Shown here one piece after another: positions 1-12,164 of a DNA stretch of 64,000 bases (the first letter of the stretch is position 1; each line of letters starts with the position of its first letter). Source of the DNA: Vezdaea acicularis (taxonomy: Eukaryota); NCBI GenBank assembly GCA_026025075.1, contig JAPEUI010000087.1, positions 1 to 64,000 on the forward strand, in the 5' to 3' direction. The notes beneath the pieces were generated by a model. The model was not told the origin of the DNA. It saw only the letters and a list, made by a program, of their open reading frames with translations, and did no database searches. The translations under genes were made by a program, and so were the position numbers.

Positions 1-1720
1 GAGCGCTTGAAGCGCAGGCAAGCCGGTAGCTAATAGCTCGCTAACGGCTCATGCCTTTACGAATAGGCGGTCGAAGGGCTACCATCCACCTATTCCTAAA
101 GGCACTCGCTTACGAAAAACCGCATGCTAAGGGTGAATTCAATGATGCCTGCTTGACAAATCCAGCTCTATCTAGCAAGGATCCTTCATATCAAACTCAT
201 ACCTTGAGTGCATCCTCTACTTTAGCCGCATCAGTCTTCTTATCCTCTACACAATTCAAATCTTCCATGTCAGTGCCGGAATCGGCATCGCCGTAGGGAA
301 AAACTAAGCTTAAAGAGAACAGAGATTGTGCCTATCAGACAAGACACAAGTACGTCATCGGCGGCAATAAAGAGGTTAAGAAAAGTAGTGTATTAAGTTG
401 AAGTTTAAGCTTCGAAAGCAGCAAGCTATCTATCCACCCCTGTCCCGCAAGAATCCTTCCTATCACCCGCCATATCAATCTATACCTCCGCCGCATCTTC
501 CACCCCAGCGGCACCAGCAGCCTCTTCCTCATGATTCTCGTCAGTCCCGGAGTCGGCATCCGGACTAGACTCAACTTTCGCCTTACCCTTCTTCTGCCGT
601 TTTGTCGCAGGCGGACTGTCTTCCTCGCCGACATCGAGAATTTTGCCGCGACGCTGGGTGAGCCACTTGCGAGTAGGCGCCCGGCTGATGTGGGTTACGC
701 CCTGGGAGTCGGTGAATTGAGGGACGGCAGTGCACTTGGACCAAAGCGTCAAAGGCAGAATGGCCAGCTTCCGCTCCATCTCCTGCTGGCGATGTGTCTG
801 GAAGAGGGTAAGGCCATGCTGCCGTAGACAATACTATTAGTGGACACACAAGGGCAGCTAGAATGAGCACTTACAGTGTAACGCATGATGTCATGCATAC
901 CAGCGGCAAAGCTTCGCATATCCTGCATGAAGGCGGCCATACGCTCGGCGGCTGGCTGTTTGACGAACCGCTCGTGGTCCGCAAGGGCGTCCTCAAACCT
1001 ATTTACCAGAACGCCTAGCAGTTGCTTGTCCGGGAATTCGTCATGATCCATAGTGTCAATATGCAGCTGGATATCACGAAGGACGGGCCAGAGAGCTTAG
1101 GGGACCTAGTTCTGTCAGCGCTATCCTAGCGGTACAAAAGGGGGATACTCACCGGGTGACAAGTTTTACGTCTGAAGACGCATCGTATGTAGGCCGAAGC
1201 CCAAGAACCGACTGCAGGACCGCAGATCTGCTTAGGATTGTTATAGCACTGCTTCGCGCAACAAATGCAGCAAGGACGGAGAAGACCAGAGGAAGGATGC
1301 ATGGATGCCGGCAGAGAAGAAGGGTCAGGAGCTTACACCCTGGCTGAGCCCCTAAAACGCCCATAGGGGCGACAGCGACAGAAGGTCCGGGAAGAGGGTC
1401 AAGAGGAGGAAGGTCTAGCAGAGGCGCCGTCTCAACATATCCGGTAGGGGTCAACGGCAAGACGGCAGAGGCAAGACAATCTGTACTGCTTCCATTAGGC
1501 TAGGAGTAAAGTCAGAAGGAGCAGCGGGGTCAGGGGACGCTGGGATGATCTCCAAACAACTTCTCCTACGGGGTTAGTAGAATTGGAAGGACCGAGCGAT
1601 GTCCTCCACCTTATCCTCGGCAGTATAAGGTATGGCGATAGTCAACATAGCAACCGGCTTAGCTTTGCCTTTGCCCTTCCTTAGGCTTGGCGCCAGGAGC
1701 AGAGGACGAAGAAACCGCCA
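1..1720 (-). pseudogene. Multi-exon pseudogene with a degenerate Cys-rich (Zn-cluster-like) motif and RIP-like mutation
   Basis: The minus frame ...PCCICCAKQCYNNPKQICGPAVGSWASAYIRCVFRRKTCHP is followed by intron 1105-1152 (GTGAGT..CTGAC..TAG), then VP*ALWPVLRDIQLHIDTMDHDEF..., intron 819-874 (GTAAGT..CTAAT..CAG), then HGLTLFQTHRQQEMERKL... Splicing joins ORFs 749-1051 and 480-779 in frame. Several in-frame TAA/TAG stops and TpA-rich patches are present. Confidence 0.65.
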
Positions 1721-1757
1721 GACCAGAGTGAGATAGCTTCAATTGAGATACTATTAA

Positions 1758-3463
1758 TTATAGATGCGGAGCCTCCCACGCTTCACGCCGTATCCTCATG
1801 AGCGCCGACTGTTTATGTGGGAACGTAACCTCTTTCTCCTTATAGAATCCGGCCTCGAGTAAATAATTAATCAACCTGTCACCAGAAGGAATTAGCACTC
1901 ATACCGTGCTCTCATCGGAAGTATGACTTACTTCTCGTTATCAACCCTGGGCTCCAACAGCACGCTCTGCGTCCGCTGATCCGCCATGAAGCAATAATGC
2001 ACGAGCGAGCTCAACCAAACCCGGACCCGATGCGCCCCTCGAAACTCCGCCTCCCCAACCAAACAATGAAACCCCCGATCCCAATTATCCGCATATTCCA
2101 TGTGGCGCCCCAGGATATCCTCCCTGACCCAGTAGATCTCGAAATACCCAAACGGCTTACCGTCCCAGCAGCCAATGACGGGAAAGCTATGCCGACTCGA
2201 CATGTTCTTGCGCAGGAATTCTTCCTGCTGGGCCTCCGGGCCGCTCTCGCCCCACCAGTGGGCGACGCGCGGGTCGTTCATCCATTTGTGGATGTAGCCA
2301 ACGTCGTTGGGGCCGAAGGAGGCGGCGTTCGTCATGGCGAGAGCAGCCATGCCAGAGACGTTCGGGTCCGAGTAGTGTGGGTTGATGTCGTGTATTGGCT
2401 GGTAATTCGCAACCGGGCCTGTATGCGCTGGAGGCTTCTTCGAAAGCGATGCTACGCGGAAGGAGAGGTATTGGCTCACCGACGGTATGAAGCGCGTGTA
2501 GAAGGTCTCGCCCTGCCGAGGCGGCTTTGCTCGTATCGGATGCCGTATGCCATCTGTCATGGTGTACTGCAGAGGTGGAGGAGGGAAGTATGTTGGAAGA
2601 TGACTTGCGGATGCGAAAGGCCCTGGTGTTGATGGAGCCCATAGCCCTTGCGAAGTTGCCATTGCGTTTACTTCTGCTTGCGTCTCAGGCCGTGGAGATG
2701 CTGTGCCTTGCGCCGGGCCGCTATTTGATGGCGAGCCAGGTCTCGAGGGGTATGGTGAGCTTGCGGGATAGGGTGAATGAACATTGGGAGAGAGGGTGAA
2801 GAGGTAGATGCGCGCGTCGAGCTGCCAGTAGGTCCGCCGACTGACGAACATCTCCCTGTATCCGTCCCCGTCGCGATCATCAGTGCTTTCCCCTACGCAT
2901 GAGTCCTCGCTCGAGATGAGACCCATGCGCTCTAGTTTCTGCAGCAAGTTCCTGCCCTTGAAAATTCCCTCGCGCTTTATGTTTATCCGCCATTCGCCCT
3001 GCGGCCTGCCTGCTGGCGCTGTCTTTGCGGATGCGGGGGTTTTGAGGTGAGGATCGGGCTCTGGCTGATGGAAGTACCATTGTAGTGTTGCCCATAGCAT
3101 CATGCCGATCTGTCGTGTCGGAGAGCTTGCGGGTTTGAATTCATTACTATTAGGGTTCGAAATAGAAGATATGAAGAGGCTGTCGTTCCTCAGCGTTGGC
3201 GTCGTAAACCGATGCGTGTGATGGGTCTTTTTTTCGACGGTCGAGCCCTCTGGGATAGAATCCATTGAATCCGGGCGGCCCGACTTCTTCCATGATGAGC
3301 GATCTTCCTCATCATCTTCGGAGTTCAGTATGATGGTCCATCCGGGGGGAAAGACGGACTGGTGAGTATTGAGGTCATTTGCCTTGAACGATAAACCGCC
3401 GAAGATGGGCGTCACCGTGATGGTTTGGCCGTTAGGAAGGTGAATTAGCGAAGTCGGAGCCAT
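1758..3463 (-). CDS. sidL: N5-hydroxyornithine acyltransferase, SidL/IucB-like (GNAT, AlcB domain)
   Basis: Motifs HKWMNDPRVAHWWGE, GYFEIYWVREDILG, DRGFHCLVGE and LEPRVDN. Intron 1876-1931; the last exon LINYLLEAGFYKEKEVTFPHKQSALMRIRREAWEAPHL ends at TAA 1758. Confidence 0.85.
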
Positions 3464-5586
3464 GGCAGAAAATGCGGGGTGTCAAATCCGCTCTCTGAAT
3501 AAGGTCGAAGCAAACAGAGATAGCTATAAAAGCAAAGATTAACAATATATATTCACACGCAGGCAATTGAGCAATCCACTAGAAGCCGCGTTTTCAATCG
3601 AGACATGGTTTCTTCCCCACGGACCTTCAGAGGTGGAGCAATCATGGAAGGATTGCTGCTCGGCTACGTTATCTAGAGCAGGGGTAGCCGCCCAGCGGGT
3701 TCTCAGCGCCACCACCAACAGAAATCCTTAAATCTGTTGATCGGACCCAAGGATCGCAATCATTGACAGTGGCCACCTCTAGCAGGGGTGCACGAGCCCT
3801 ATACTTGTGGCTTTGTACCAGCGTGACGCGCAAACAGCACAGACACGGAACATCATGCTCTCTCCGAACACCAGAATCGCGTAGCTCTGCGTTATTCTCA
3901 GGAGCTCTCCACTGCTCCACAGCGGACCGTATGTCACGAATCTCGGTCCGCACTCCACTGTATCATCTAGGAACCTCAATAGTGGCTATTTATACTCCAT
4001 ACAAAACTTCTCGTTGGCAACATATCCAACACTTTGGAAAGAAGTTCAAAGAAAATTCTTCGCAATTGGTAGTTATGGTGTCTGCTGAGCCAATCATGAT
4101 GCCCGGTCCAGTTAGAAATCCGCCATAACGGATGCAACGCGAAAAGGAAAGGTCACGTGGGCTCCCCCTTTCCTTAGAAGTCAATTTCTCTGACATCAGA
4201 CACGGCTATCGACGGCGTGATAGACCTTCGATGTGTTTGTTAGAATAGACTTTTCCAACACCGCGCACGAACTTGTGGCATCTGCGAAACTGGTATCCTG
4301 GTTCTCGGCTCAACCTCGCTCTTGGAGTCCTCCTCGTTCATGCATACAAACGGCTGTGTACATAAGATCACCCTAGCTTGTGAATCCAACCTGACTGCAC
4401 ATCAGGTGCCTCCATAGTCTTGAGTAACACTCTCAAACATTGGCATCTGAGAATCCGATCACGCGAACTGCGAATTGCATGGTCTGGACGAGAATCCCAT
4501 CTTTCTGCTGCTGCGGGACCCAGTCCCAATATGTCGATCACGTAGAAATCCATGCACGTGAATTTGAGGAGCGCTTGCGAACAGCTCTTGACAGACAATG
4601 TAGACGCGTCGTCTTTCGTCTATGATTACATACATCCCATCAGACTGTCGATCACGGCCAACCCGAGCTGAGAGAAGTGACAGGTCATCGATGCTTATAT
4701 GCCGGCGTTAATCTCCCTTGCGCGAGGCGCCTGTTTGCCTTGTGCGGTTCGGTGGGCCGTCCTTTGAGGTCAGAATCCGAGGGCAGTCCGCTGTAGCCGC
4801 GGACGAAGGATGTTGCGCGAGCGTTCGGTAATTTGAAGCTACTTCTGCATAGGACTACTGCATGTCTCTAATTGAGATATCATTCCTGGACTTGATCGTC
4901 ACCCGAGGATGATGATGACGACGAAGAAGCCACCTTTTTATCTCTCCTTCGACGCCACATTTGTAACACCGAGTGGAATGGTTCGATATTCGAGAGAGAA
5001 ACATATAAGCAGGCAGATTAACGAAATGTGAGTAATTCGAGGCGTAAGAGCCGCGAGGTGCGATAACCCAGAGCAAACAGCTCCTGCACACACCCGTTTG
5101 ACTGCTTCTGCCCCAGCTCTTGGGTCTCGGGGGGGCCCCGAGTCTGCAAACAATGGCGCCCGGTGCCGCTAGCTTGCTCTCTCTCGACGGGTGTTGAAAT
5201 TGTGCTACCGTTGATTCTTCAGGCCACGTTTCCCCAGGCCTGCTTATCATCCGCAAAGCAAACGAACGGCTCCACGTCTCGCAACATACCCGCGAGCGGG
5301 CCATACTTCTGCTGACAGCTGTTAGAACCTAACAGCTATGCCTGCAGCCGTTTGTAGCACATCGGCCGACCAGACGCTCAAGGCTCCGAACTGCCACCTC
5401 GAGAAAAAAAATCCTTCGTTGAGTGCGTCTGGATGCCGTGTTTGCTATGATGCTACTCAGCGGGTTCCGTCACGCACATAAAGTAGCGGAGCTGACCTCA
5501 GACTTGGCTCTAGATGAATGACCTTCACAGCCAATCGTCAGTCCTTAAAATTTCGAGCTGCTGAATGTTCTCTTCATAACGTCAAG

Positions 5587-6148
5587 ATGGCAATCCCCAT
5601 CTCCTCCAGCAAAGCCGCTTTCATGCAGGCCATCGGTCTGACCGAAAGCCAAGACTGGCTCTACGTGAAAATGATGGTATCATCTCCCCCCTTCGCTCGC
5701 TCACACCCTTTGTACCTTTGATTGAACTCGATTCTGAAAATTGTCTCTCGTCATAGCGGGAGGTAGACGGCCCATACCGCTGGATCTGCGAGAACCCCAG
5801 CAACGCCATCGACCCATCACAGAAGACGCCCTACCGCTGGGCCGACATTCGCCCCGAGGCGAAAGACACCGCCGCCACGACGATCGTCCAACGAGCGAGT
5901 GCCGACACCCGGCCGTGGTTCAGTAAGGGATACTCTGCCGGAGAAGGCCAGCGGAACTGGGTCGCCATGTGGTGTTTGTATACGATGGTTCGGAATAGGG
6001 ATAATCGCCGGGACAATGTAGGCGCTCCAGCAGCGAATAGTGTTTCAGGAGGTGAGTTTGTATCCAGTTTGCGAGGTGAGCTGAATTAATCTGTTTTGGC
6101 ATAGGGGGCGTTTTCTATGACCAGATCCGCGATCAGTGGCGAGGATAA
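5587..6148 (+). CDS. Small hypothetical protein (~140 aa, 3 exons)
   Basis: ATG 5587. Introns 5677-5756 and 6052-6104 with canonical GT/AG give one open frame: MAIPISSSKAAFMQAIGL...NWVAMWCLYTMVRNRD...GVFYDQIRDQWRG*. Confidence 0.65.
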
Positions 6149-6426
6149 TGTGAACATCCAATGGTGCTAAGGTCGGGTTTGAAGCGCTTATGACGATGTA
6201 ATACTGCCTTTCTTCCACTTCTGCATGGAAAAGTTCGATTGATTTGTTTCACTGTGGTATACATGTCTGCCCTCCAAGGTGATGATAGACTGCAGCCTGA
6301 ATAGATGCAGCGATGCAAATACCGTGTGAACGGTCCTCAAGATGCTTATAAGGCAATGAAAAAGCTAAACGGCATATCATGTCGGAATAAAGCATATTGA
6401 ATTTCGTCCTTCAGCACTACTCTCAT

Positions 6427-8044
6427 TCAATCGTCGTCGTCTTCTTCGTCGTCCTTCCCTTTCTTGCCCTTATCCTTTCCGTTACCCCGCTTCTTTCGCT
6501 CCTCTTGAAGCGCATTTTTGACTGTGTTGTTGTGCTCGTCTGCTTTCTCATCCCATTCGACATCGTACTCACGGGCAACGGCCTTGATCTCCTTCCGTAG
6601 GGCGTTACCTTCTTCGATGAGGGAGTCCCATTTATGAAGGTCGAATCCACGACGCTCATAGAGCTTGCTCTGTCGGCGGCTGATGGTGAGGTTAAGCGCA
6701 GACCGGTATGAGACCTCACGATTGTGCCAGAGGAACCAGCAGTACGATGCTATAAGAGTACTCAGGCCAACAAGGTACTGCGAAGAGAATCAGCAACGAC
6801 GATAAAGGACGATTTGCGAAGGATTTACCGTTACGGGCTCCATCGTGTCCCACCCGTAGTCGGACTCGAAGGTCAACCGATAGACCGTGTACCACCAGGT
6901 AATTAGTACTCCGAATCCACCGAAGGCAACCCTTTGCGCTCCCTTATGAGCCGCTTGATCACACTCCTTCTTGATGGAGGCCATGTCTGATATCTCTCTC
7001 GCGGTCTTTCGCAGTCTCATCCGCAGGTAGTACGTCCTGTCATTGAAGGAAGGCACCCCGACAAGGATATTTTCAGGCGTGCCCTCAATCTCAACCTCGA
7101 ATTCCTTGCCCCTGGCTGCGTCGCGAATGAAATCTCCAATTTCGGTGGAGGACGACCATCTGACGAAATGCTTCTCATGGTTGTCCGAACCCGATTGCTC
7201 CCTTCCAGCACCACTGTAGCTTTCTACTCCTCCCTCTCCCGGCCCTCCGCGTAGCTCTTTCCTGGAATGGTTTATTTTCCCCGTCTTCTCAACCTTCCCA
7301 TCAAAATTGGTCTCCTCCATATTGCCCTCGTCCTCGTCCTCCGTTTTCGGAACGAGCGAATCTTGCCCTAAATCTTCTGCCCGAAAGTGTACCGCTGGCA
7401 TCTTGTCTTCGCCCTTATTATTCTTGATTGTAGGAAGCTCGGATTGTATTAAGCGTTCGAGATAAGAAAGCGGCTGTTGCGGGTGCACAAGGAGAGCAAG
7501 AGGTTCTATGTCTTTCCTGTCTGAATTCTTGTCAAGCGTCGTTAGGGGTAAGATGAGCTTCAGAAGCCGTGATGGTGTTGTCAGAAGTTTTCCTAAGCCT
7601 CAATTTAGCAATTGACTCCCTTGCCCGAGATATGGTCAAAACCCTACCTTTCGTCATTGCACCAGCTGATCGAGGTCGCTTGACCGGCGGTAGGTCTGAG
7701 CCTTCGCGATGCCACGGCGTACGAGCCTGCTTCTCCTTCTCTTGCCCAATTGCATCGTCAATTTGCGCCTCATGGTGGTCCTGATCCTTTTGATTGAGGT
7801 CCTTTGCCCGCTGCGCGTGAGTGCTCTCGGCCGCAAGCACCCTACTACTGGCTGTGAAGCGTCGGCAATGCCATTCAAATCCTAACGGCTTCCTGAAAGA
7901 GGCCAGATGATATCGCAAAGGTCGAGCGGCATCACTGGAGAAGCATCCAGAATGGTATATCCACTTCATTGGCGGTGAGGCCTTTCGAACGATACCAACC
8001 TGTCGGATGGCTCGAGCCATGCACTGCTCGACTGCACCTTCCAT
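6427..8044 (-). CDS. MCU: Mitochondrial calcium uniporter pore subunit
   Basis: The pore motif GWDTMEPVTY lies between two TM helices; the fungal N-terminal motifs GKLLTTPSRLLKL and LLVHPQQPLSYLERLIQSE are present. Introns 7593-7647 and 6778-6828. The start codon is uncertain (8044 or 8020). Confidence 0.92.
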
Positions 8045-8506
8045 TACTGCTGCCCTGGGGTGGTCAATCCAGAGGTCTGTGGTCCAGCATAGTGCCGATA
8101 ATCCTTTCAGTACAAAGAAGTTGTCTGAGCTCCATGGCTCCGTTTTGAAATTCGTAAGTTTTCAAGTAACAAAACTTGGAAGCCAGTTATAGCTTCGCGT
8201 CCGTCGCGAAACCCCTGCAACGTCATCGCCGAGCTTGCAGCGCTGAGGCCTGGACGGATCTAATGATTGATTTCTACTTTGGACCTTTCGGAAAATGAAG
8301 AGCTCTTAAAATTTCTCACGTTTCATTTCAAGGTATCGGAATCATGTATATGGCCCCTATGGTAGAGTACATTACTATCACGTGGTTTGAAATGGCGACC
8401 AATGACTTTGACATCAACTGCATTCAAATTAATGATAACTAACAGGAGACAAGTTCAGCACGCTTGACCGTCCCTAATGCTTAAAGATAGTTCAACCACC
8501 GTGCTA

Positions 8507-8587
8507 AAGAGGAGGGCTATCCACCACGCTCAAAGAAGAGGAGAGCTATCCGCCACGCTCGAAGAACAAGACATCAATCCGCCACGC
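8507..8587. repeat. Degenerate tandem repeat, ~29 bp x 3
   Basis: aagaggagggctatccaccacgctc / aagaggagagctatccgccacgctc / aagacatcaatccgccacgc. Confidence 0.55.
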
Positions 8588-8927
8588 AGAAATTATCGGG
8601 CTTTAAAAAGCCAGGAAAATGAGTCATCGCTGCCCACCTCGCTTAAGAACATCGATACGCTTCTCTATGTTGGTTTTTGTAAATGCTGAAATGAATGCGA
8701 AGCCGCTATTGACTTGTGTTGCAGTGACTGCCGCCGTGGAGGAACGAGCTGAAGTAAGGAGAAGAAACTGAAAAACAACACCCTTGAGCCCTCCCCGTGC
8801 ATAGGAAGGGCGGTCTTTCAAACCGCCGTCCTGAATTGAATAATCGAAAATGTAAACGCTGTCGTAAAATGGAGTCGTTATGATCGGTCATGCAGTCGTG
8901 TCATTTAGGTTGGAATCGAGCCGTTGA

Positions 8928-9720
8928 TTAGTTCGCATATCCATAGCCATATCTCAGCGCCCTTTGGGTCCTCATGCCGCGGGACCTTGGCGGCGCTCTT
9001 TCCCTCTCGCTGTCGATGCTCCTTGGGCTGCTGCTGCCACTGCTCCCACCACTACCCTCGCTATAGCTGGAGTGTCGACCAGTCCCAATGGCGACAGGGA
9101 GCCCCTGCGGAACGGCAACCTTATGGCCTGCGGGATACATGCCGTCACTGACGCTGAAGTTGCGGCAGATCATGTAGGCGCGCATGGCGGCATTCTCTCG
9201 TGCAAGCGGCTCATTGTCGTATTCCGTCTCGGTCTGGTATTCGCGGTGGTTGACGCGGACAACGCAGCTGTACCCAGCCGTCGAGCGGTAGGATTCATAC
9301 AATGGATCTGGCCAGTGACGACGTTGGCAAAGACCTGGATTGGGCATTAGCGTGAGGTGTTTTTATGTCTGGTGTGACGCTGTGAAGAAAGATTCCCACA
9401 CATTAAGAATATTCGGAAAGGGCTGATGCAGGAACGCTGACGTGTTCGAGAAAAAAAAATCCCAAGGGAGTGGATAGAGTGGAAGGGGGGCGATGCGAGT
9501 GGATGAATACTCGTGGCGTAAACAAAACATGCGTAGATCATCCCTCAGGGGTTTTGAGACTAGTGATGACAACTTTGGCATGTTCACACGTCCATGACAA
9601 CACCTCTTTCTTAGGATGTATTGTAGTAAAGAATATAGATAGTAGATGACAGGAAATCTCTCGCCAGTCCCTAGTAGCTAATTGAAGATGCTCACCCGAT
9701 AGATATTGCATATAAAACAT
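8928..9720 (-). CDS. Small protein with a dsRNA-binding-motif-like domain
   Basis: A 25-nt exon 1 (MFYMQYLS-G, 9696-9720) is followed by intron 9335-9695 (GTGAGC..CTAAT..CAG) and exon 2 LCQRRHWPDPLY...YSCVVRVNHREY...LARENAAMRAY, which has a dsRBD-like alpha-beta-beta-beta-alpha pattern and a Ser/Gly-rich tail. Confidence 0.75.
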
Positions 9721-9915
9721 TGTGAGATTAGACACGAGCTAGACGCTGACGTATATTCGTTGAATAGTGAAGCTCGTATGTAGGGCTCCAGAGAGGGACA
9801 CAGGAGCGAAACCTTCCAAACTGGGCAGTCTAGAAGTTTGTGATGGTGTGCTGGACGTCCAGGGAGAAGTGGAGGCGACAATTAACGCAAGGTCCAGATG
9901 GGTACCAGAATGACC

Positions 9916-11183
9916 TCAGTCAACGTCGTCAAGATCAGAGTCTGGCAGGTATCCGCGGCGAATGGCGTCTATTGTGAACAGTGCCTGGTCGGGAAAAAGT
10001 GATGAGGTGTCAATGAGAGGAGGCAATATCAAGGAGGGGTGAGTGGTGGAAAGGGTCAAAGGTGCAGGAGTCTCACGACCATCGGGAGCGGGCCAAGTGT
10101 AATTTATTGCAGCCGACATAGAGCTGGGTCAGAGCGTATGCCAGATCGTCTGCCAATGGCCTCTGTTGATCTTGCCGGAGATTGGTTGCGCAGGCCGCAT
10201 GGAGCGCGGACGCGGTTGCGCAGGCCGCATGGAGCGCGGACGCGGTTGCGGCTCTATGACTCTGATCCATACTGATGCGTTGGCAAGCTCCCTCGCCAGT
10301 GACGAGAGCGCGAGCATGTAAGTCTCTCGATGGAGCCATAGAGGGTGGAATCAGTGTGACGATCCATAGAGGAGGGAACGCACTCCGGCTCCAGCGCTCC
10401 AGAGAAATGCCCGCTCCAGACCGCGCTAGGCCTGCACTGGAGTGGCAAACTGATATGGGTATGGGAATTTAGGCCCGATGTCGTGCGTGAAAGGGTTTTA
10501 GATGAAGGTAAGTATGGCATGTACCGAATTTGCTTTAAAAAAAGCGCGAGTACAACTACTCAACTCCTCCATTTGCCCCACTCCTCCGGCCACGCCCCGC
10601 TGCCCTCTGCTCGGGCCCCTGGTGACCATCATCTCCGGCGGCCGCTAATGCACGACTTCTTTTCCTTGCGCCGAGGAGGATGGATGTCAAAAGATCCAGG
10701 GTCTTGGTCCTGCCGCGGTTCATCCACGAACGGCCCTCTCAGCGTTGCGAGATATTGCCCGACCTCCACTCTCGCGGGGAACGACGACAGAGATAGACCA
10801 GTGCCCCCCAGTAATGATGACGGGACTTCCCCATCATCGTCCGGAGCAGTCACAGCGACGGCATGTGCCCCGCCCAGGAAGACATCGGCGACAAGGCGAT
10901 GAGTGGAGGGGGGGTTGACACGAAGCCAGCAGACCAGAGCACGCCCGAGCCAAGTCTCCTGCCAGGCTAACAGATCGGTATATTGCCGGAATGAAGGGGG
11001 AGGCAGCGCAGGCCAGTCGTCCGGAGATCTGATCGCGAGACTGGCGCAGAAGAAGGCCGCAGAGCTTGACCGGCGATGGGGTCGCGAAGAGGGAAGTTCG
11101 TTATTCGGTGCTTCCCTTAGCCGTGGGAGAGGGCAAGCATGCTCGGATGCAGAGTGAGTTGTCAAAACCGCTTGACGTCTCAT
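9916..11183 (-). pseudogene. Probable decayed gene of unknown family
   Basis: ORFs 10129-10317 and 9916-10119 are in the same frame, separated by a single TGA. A protein-like ORF (10629-11183) lies upstream on the same strand. No family recognised. Confidence 0.3.
10184..10250. repeat. Perfect 30-bp tandem duplication (2.2 copies)
   Basis: ggttgcgcaggccgcatggagcgcggacgc occurs twice, followed by ggttgcg. Confidence 0.95.
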
Positions 11184-12164
11184 CCGGCCACTTCACATGC
11201 GCCGTCGCCCACCGCGCCCCCCATCACGGACCAACGGGCGGCGGGTAAAAAGATGCGAGTGATGCTGCGTCGCACTCGCTGCTCTATGCAAGCTACACCC
11301 GTTAGCCGGTCACGGGAAACGCCAAGGTCCCGCCAGAGGAGGTCAAACGTTCGATCGAGCAAAGGACACGATATGAAACATAAGAAGGCGACGACGCCAT
11401 TCCTTTGTAGGCGCAATTGCCTTACTCGTTGCAGTGTATTGGGACGATCGATAGTACGCAGTCCGTGATCTGGGTCGATCAGCAGCGTGCACACGACCAC
11501 CGTGCGGAGAAGGCCCTGGTCCGGCGCCGTCTGGAGAGTACTTCACGGCATGAATATCGAAAGCCACGTTCAGTCGACTACCCCAAGGGGCCGACCGATA
11601 AGTCCCAAGCGATCTTCAGTCATATCTTAACATGGAGAGCGCCAAGTCGAGAGATCTGATTCATCATGCCTCATTTCTCTCTTTCGCCAGGGCGACTCCC
11701 ACGCTTCAGGAGATAGGCTCAATTCGCCGATGTCTGCACGCTGCAGGCCGCCAGCAGCTAGGTCCAAGGCCGGCTCGATCGTGAACCTTGCTGACCGTGT
11801 CGATGAGCGTCGTTCTTGACGGTGAAGCGCTGCACGACTCGAATTCTTGATTCTCAAGCGAGATGGAGCGGCATGCCACGGTTCTGCGCCAGATCGGAGC
11901 CGTGCTCGTCGGAGAATTGGGATTGACCTCATGAGTGAGGTTGGAAGCAGAGCCTTTGCTCGGTCCTCGAACCTTCCACGCTAGTCTGGAACAGAGCCAA
12001 CCACCGTAGAGGCACCATCGATGCAACTCGATTTTGCCTACAGAATGCACTCCCCTATGTGGGAATCAGATGCTAACGTTCTATCTGGTATCAATTTGCC
12101 ATGAAACAACGCATGTATTTATACATCTCGCCTCGCCATCATGGTAATGTCACATCACGGGCGG

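Noticed and set aside
3600..5400. Scattered short ORFs upstream of sidL; possible siderophore cluster
   Set aside because: There are no recognisable domains, and no NRPS, ornithine monooxygenase or transporter gene lies nearby.
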